Source: Mobula hypostoma | Lineage: Eukaryota | DNA length: 64,000 nt | Reading direction: 5' to 3' | NCBI RefSeq assembly: GCF_963921235.1 | Contig: NC_086097.1 | Coordinates: 146,136,001-146,200,000 of the forward strand | Shown: one piece after another, positions 60,685 through 64,000 of the stretch | Numbering within the stretch: position 1 is the first letter of the stretch | Layout of the letters: each line of letters begins with the position of its first letter | The notes under the pieces: generated by a model | Seen by the model: only the letters and a program-made list of their open reading frames with translations | Database searches by the model: none | What the model was told of the DNA's origin: nothing | Position numbers and translations under genes: made by a program

Positions 60685-61845
60685 AATTGAATTGACTTTA
60701 TTTCTTCCATCTTCACATACACGAGGAGTAAAAAATCTTTACATTACGTCTCCGACAGAATGTCACAGATGGTAGCAGCTGGAGCAGTTTGTGGTTGGGG
60801 TGACTCGGGTCCCCAATTGTCCTTCAGGCCCTTTTTACGCACCTGTCCTGAATAGTGGGAAGTTCACATCCACAGATGTGCTGGGCTGTCGGCACCACTC
60901 TCCGCAGAGTCCTGTGATTGAGGTAAGTACAGTTCCCATACCAGGTAGTGATGCAGCCAGTCCGGATGTGCCCTGTAGGAAGCCTTTAGGATTTGGGGAC
61001 CCCTGCTAAACTTATTCAACTGTCTGAGATGAAAGAGGCACTGATTTGCTTTTTTCACCACACAGCCGGTATATACAGACCACGTGAGGTCCTTGGTGAT
61101 GTGGATGCCGAGGAACTTAAAGCTGTTCACCCTCTCAACCCCAGATCCATTGATGTCAATAGCAGTTAGCCTGTCTCCGTTCCTCCCGTAGTCCACAACC
61201 AGCTGTGGGTCATGGGTCTACAGAGAGTAAAGGAGGGGGCTTAGGACATAGCCCTGAGGGGCTCCTGTGTTGAGGGTCAGAGGGGCAGAGGTGAGGGAGC
61301 CCACTCTTACCACCTGCTGGTGATCTGACAGGAAGTCCAGGATCCAGCTGCACAAGGCAGAGTGAAGGCCGAGGTCTCTGAGCTTCTTCTCAAGCCTAGA
61401 GGGAGTTATAGTGTTGAATGCTGAACTGTAGTCCAAGAATAGTATTCTCACATAAGCATCCCTCTTCTCCGGGTGTGTAAGGACAGTATGCTGAGCTGTG
61501 GCTATTCTGTCATCTGCTGATCGGTTGTGTCAGTAAGCGAATTGTAGGGGGTCCAGTGTGGGTGGCAGCATGTTGTAGATGTAATCCTTGACCAGCCTCT
61601 CAAAGCATTTGCTTATTATTGAGGTGAGTGCAACAGGATGCCAGTCATTCAGACATGTTATCTTGGTCTTTATAGGTACAGGGACAATGGTGGATGTTTT
61701 GAAGCAGGAGGGCACTCTATGCTGGGAGAGGGAGGGATTAAAAATGTCTTTAAACACACCTGCCAGATGTGCTGAGCACATCCTGAGTACCTGCCCTGGG
61801 ATGCCGTCCGGTCCCGCAGCCTTGCGACTGTCCACTCATTGGAAA
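60685..61845 (-). mobile_element. Rex1/Babar LINE with internal deletions
   Basis: Motifs [47 protein letters not shown] and FKFLGIHITKDLTWS. Confidence 0.9.
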
Positions 61846-61849
61846 CACC

Positions 61850-63020
61850 ATCCACATATTTTCACCTACTCGTTCCACTTGTCAATAAATATCTTTTGAA
61901 TCATCACAATCCCATCAAGTTTAAAATCATCAGCAGTATGATGTTCAGTTGCTTTTGCCAAGTTATTTATATAGTGTGAAAAGCTGGGGCCCAAGCATCC
62001 ATCACAACAGTATCCAATTAGTCACAGCCAGCCAACTTGATTAACCAACGAGGATAACTTCAATCACTGCTACTCTGAACTGACTTACTTTCAAAGTCTC
62101 TTTACAACTCATGTTCGCAGTGTGATTGTTATTATTTGCAGCGTTTATCCTCTTTTCCACATTAGTTGTTTGTCAGCCATGTCTTTTTAGGTACAGTATA
62201 GCCTTTTGTACAATAAATTTTTATTGTTCTTTTCCTATAAATGCCTGCAAGAAAATGAATCTCAAGATAACATACAGTAAAGCATATATGTACCTTAATA
62301 ATAAATATACTTTGAACTTGAAAATAACATGTTTACTCTCACTTTTTGTTCTTGATTGAAAACCAGTTCTCAATCTGTGACAGGATGTTACTCCTGTCTC
62401 CATGTGCTTGAACATTATAGATCAATCTACTGTGCAGGCCATTGAGAATCCTTTTCAAAAATCCAAATACACCATCTCCACTGTTTTTCCTTTATTTATT
62501 GTACTAGCTCTATCATCAAAGAATTCCAGTACATTAGTCAAACATAATTTTTCTCTTTTTAGTCCATTTTGGCACTGTTCAGTCCTATTCTTCTTCTTCA
62601 AGAGTTAATTACATCCTCCATTACAAATTGACCTTTGTTTTTACATAACAGGATCACATTTCTACCATTGGAACAACTCTGGGATCTATAAAACTTTGGA
62701 ATGTGATAACAGAAGCATCTAACATTCCTGCAGTCAAAACTCTGAGAAGCAACTCATCCGACCCCTTGGATTTATTGGTTTTCAAGCAGACCAACTTCCC
62801 TAGTATTATTTTCCTCACTCTCATTAAATCCTCTCTTCTCTAACTTACCTGGAAAGTTTATCATGTCTTCTGGAAGGACAGATACAAAGCAATTGTTTAA
62901 ATCCTCTGCCATTTTCTTATTCACCATAACAAATTCTCTGTTCTGTTGAAAAGTGCCTTGCACTTTGCCCCACTTATCTTTTCCTCTTACGTACCTGTAA
63001 AAACATTTTTCTCTTTTTGT
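61850..63020 (-). mobile_element. Old CR1 fragments, with a plus-strand Rex1-type tail at about 62050-62322
   Basis: Translates as CFYRYVRGK...MAEDLNNCFVSV, with further degenerate RT blocks. Confidence 0.6.
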
Positions 63021-63061
63021 CAGTTCACTCATATATTCTACGTTGTCTTAGATTACTCCAC

Positions 63062-63245
63062 AGGTCTCCCTTGTCCATTCATCCATTCCCAGTAATCTCC
63101 CTACTGGCAGTTAACCTTGGAAGCCAAACAAATGCTACACCTTCCCATAACACCACCTCCTCACCACCATTCAGGGCCCCAAAAAGTCCTTCCTGGTGAG
63201 GTGCACTTTGCCTCCAGTCTGTCAGGGTCATCTACTTATATCCGG
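63062..63245 (+). mobile_element. Penelope-like fragment (zinc-knuckle/GIY-YIG start)
   Basis: Translates as LVHSSIP...KCYT...TTIQGPKKSF and is similar to 32500-32630. Confidence 0.6.
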
Positions 63246-63247
63246 TA

Positions 63248-64000
63248 CCATAGAAACTACAGTACAGAAACAGGCCCTTTGGCCCTTCTTGGCTGTGCCG
63301 AACCATTTTCTGCCTAGTCCCACTGACCTGCACATGGACCATATCCCTCCATACACCTCCCATCCATGTATCTGTCCAATTTATTCTTAAATGTTAAAAA
63401 AGAACCCGCATTTACCACTTCGTCTGGCAGCTCATTCCACACTCCCACCACTCTCTGTGTGAAGAAGCCCCCTCTAATGTTCCCTTTAAACTTTTCCCCC
63501 CTCACCCTTAACCCATGTCCTCTTAGATTACTCCACTTTTTCTCCCCTTGCCTCAGTGGAAAAAGCCTGCTTGCATTCACTCTATCTATACCCATCATAA
63601 TTTTATATACCTCTATCAAATCTCCCCTCATTCTTCTACGCTCCAGGGAATAAAGTCCTAACCTATTCAACCTTTCTCTGTAACTGAGTTTCTCAAGTCC
63701 CGGCAACATCCTTGTAAACCTTCTCTGCACTCTTTCAACCTTATTTATATCCTTCCTGTAATTTGGTGACCAAAACTGAACACAATACTCCAGATTCGGC
63801 CTCACCAATGCCTTATACAACCTCATCATAACATTCCAGCTCTTATACTCAATACTACGATTAATAAAGGCCAATGTACCAAAAGCTCTCTTTATGACCC
63901 TATCTACCTGTGACGACACTTTTAGGGAATTTTGTATCTGTACTCCCAGATCCCTCTGTTCCACTGCACTCCTCAGTGCCTTACCATTAACCCTGTATGT
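63248..64000 (-). mobile_element. CR1 LINE 3' part, continuing past the window end
   Basis: ORF 63314..63964 reads QRDLGV...LYKALVRPNLEYCVQFWSP...RGDLIEVYK...WNELP. Confidence 0.95.

Overview
Eukaryotic (vertebrate) DNA, most likely from a cartilaginous fish such as a ray or shark. This is inferred from the repeat mix of CR1, Rex1/Babar, L1, RTE, Penelope-like, Gypsy, Tc1, Tigger and V-SINE elements. Most of the window is nested, truncated transposable elements. I found no intact host gene, rRNA, tRNA or CRISPR array, and most ORF-track entries are TE fragments or antisense noise. Four observations stand out. (1) An intronless, decayed RBM25 retrocopy sits inside a Gypsy LTR element where RT/RNase H/most of the integrase should be, which suggests LTR-mediated gene capture. 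(2) Many Penelope-like terminal repeats carry minimal hammerhead ribozymes; three have intact cores, and several insertions have 12-16 bp target-site duplications (TSDs) and inverted ends. (3) A compact CACCC/CArG/CCAAT/E-box/TATA promoter-like cluster lies at about 19.3 kb. (4) A 16-bp segment appears to have been copied locally into a CR1 ORF. Family assignments rest on recalled protein motifs, not database searches, and boundaries without a TSD are approximate.
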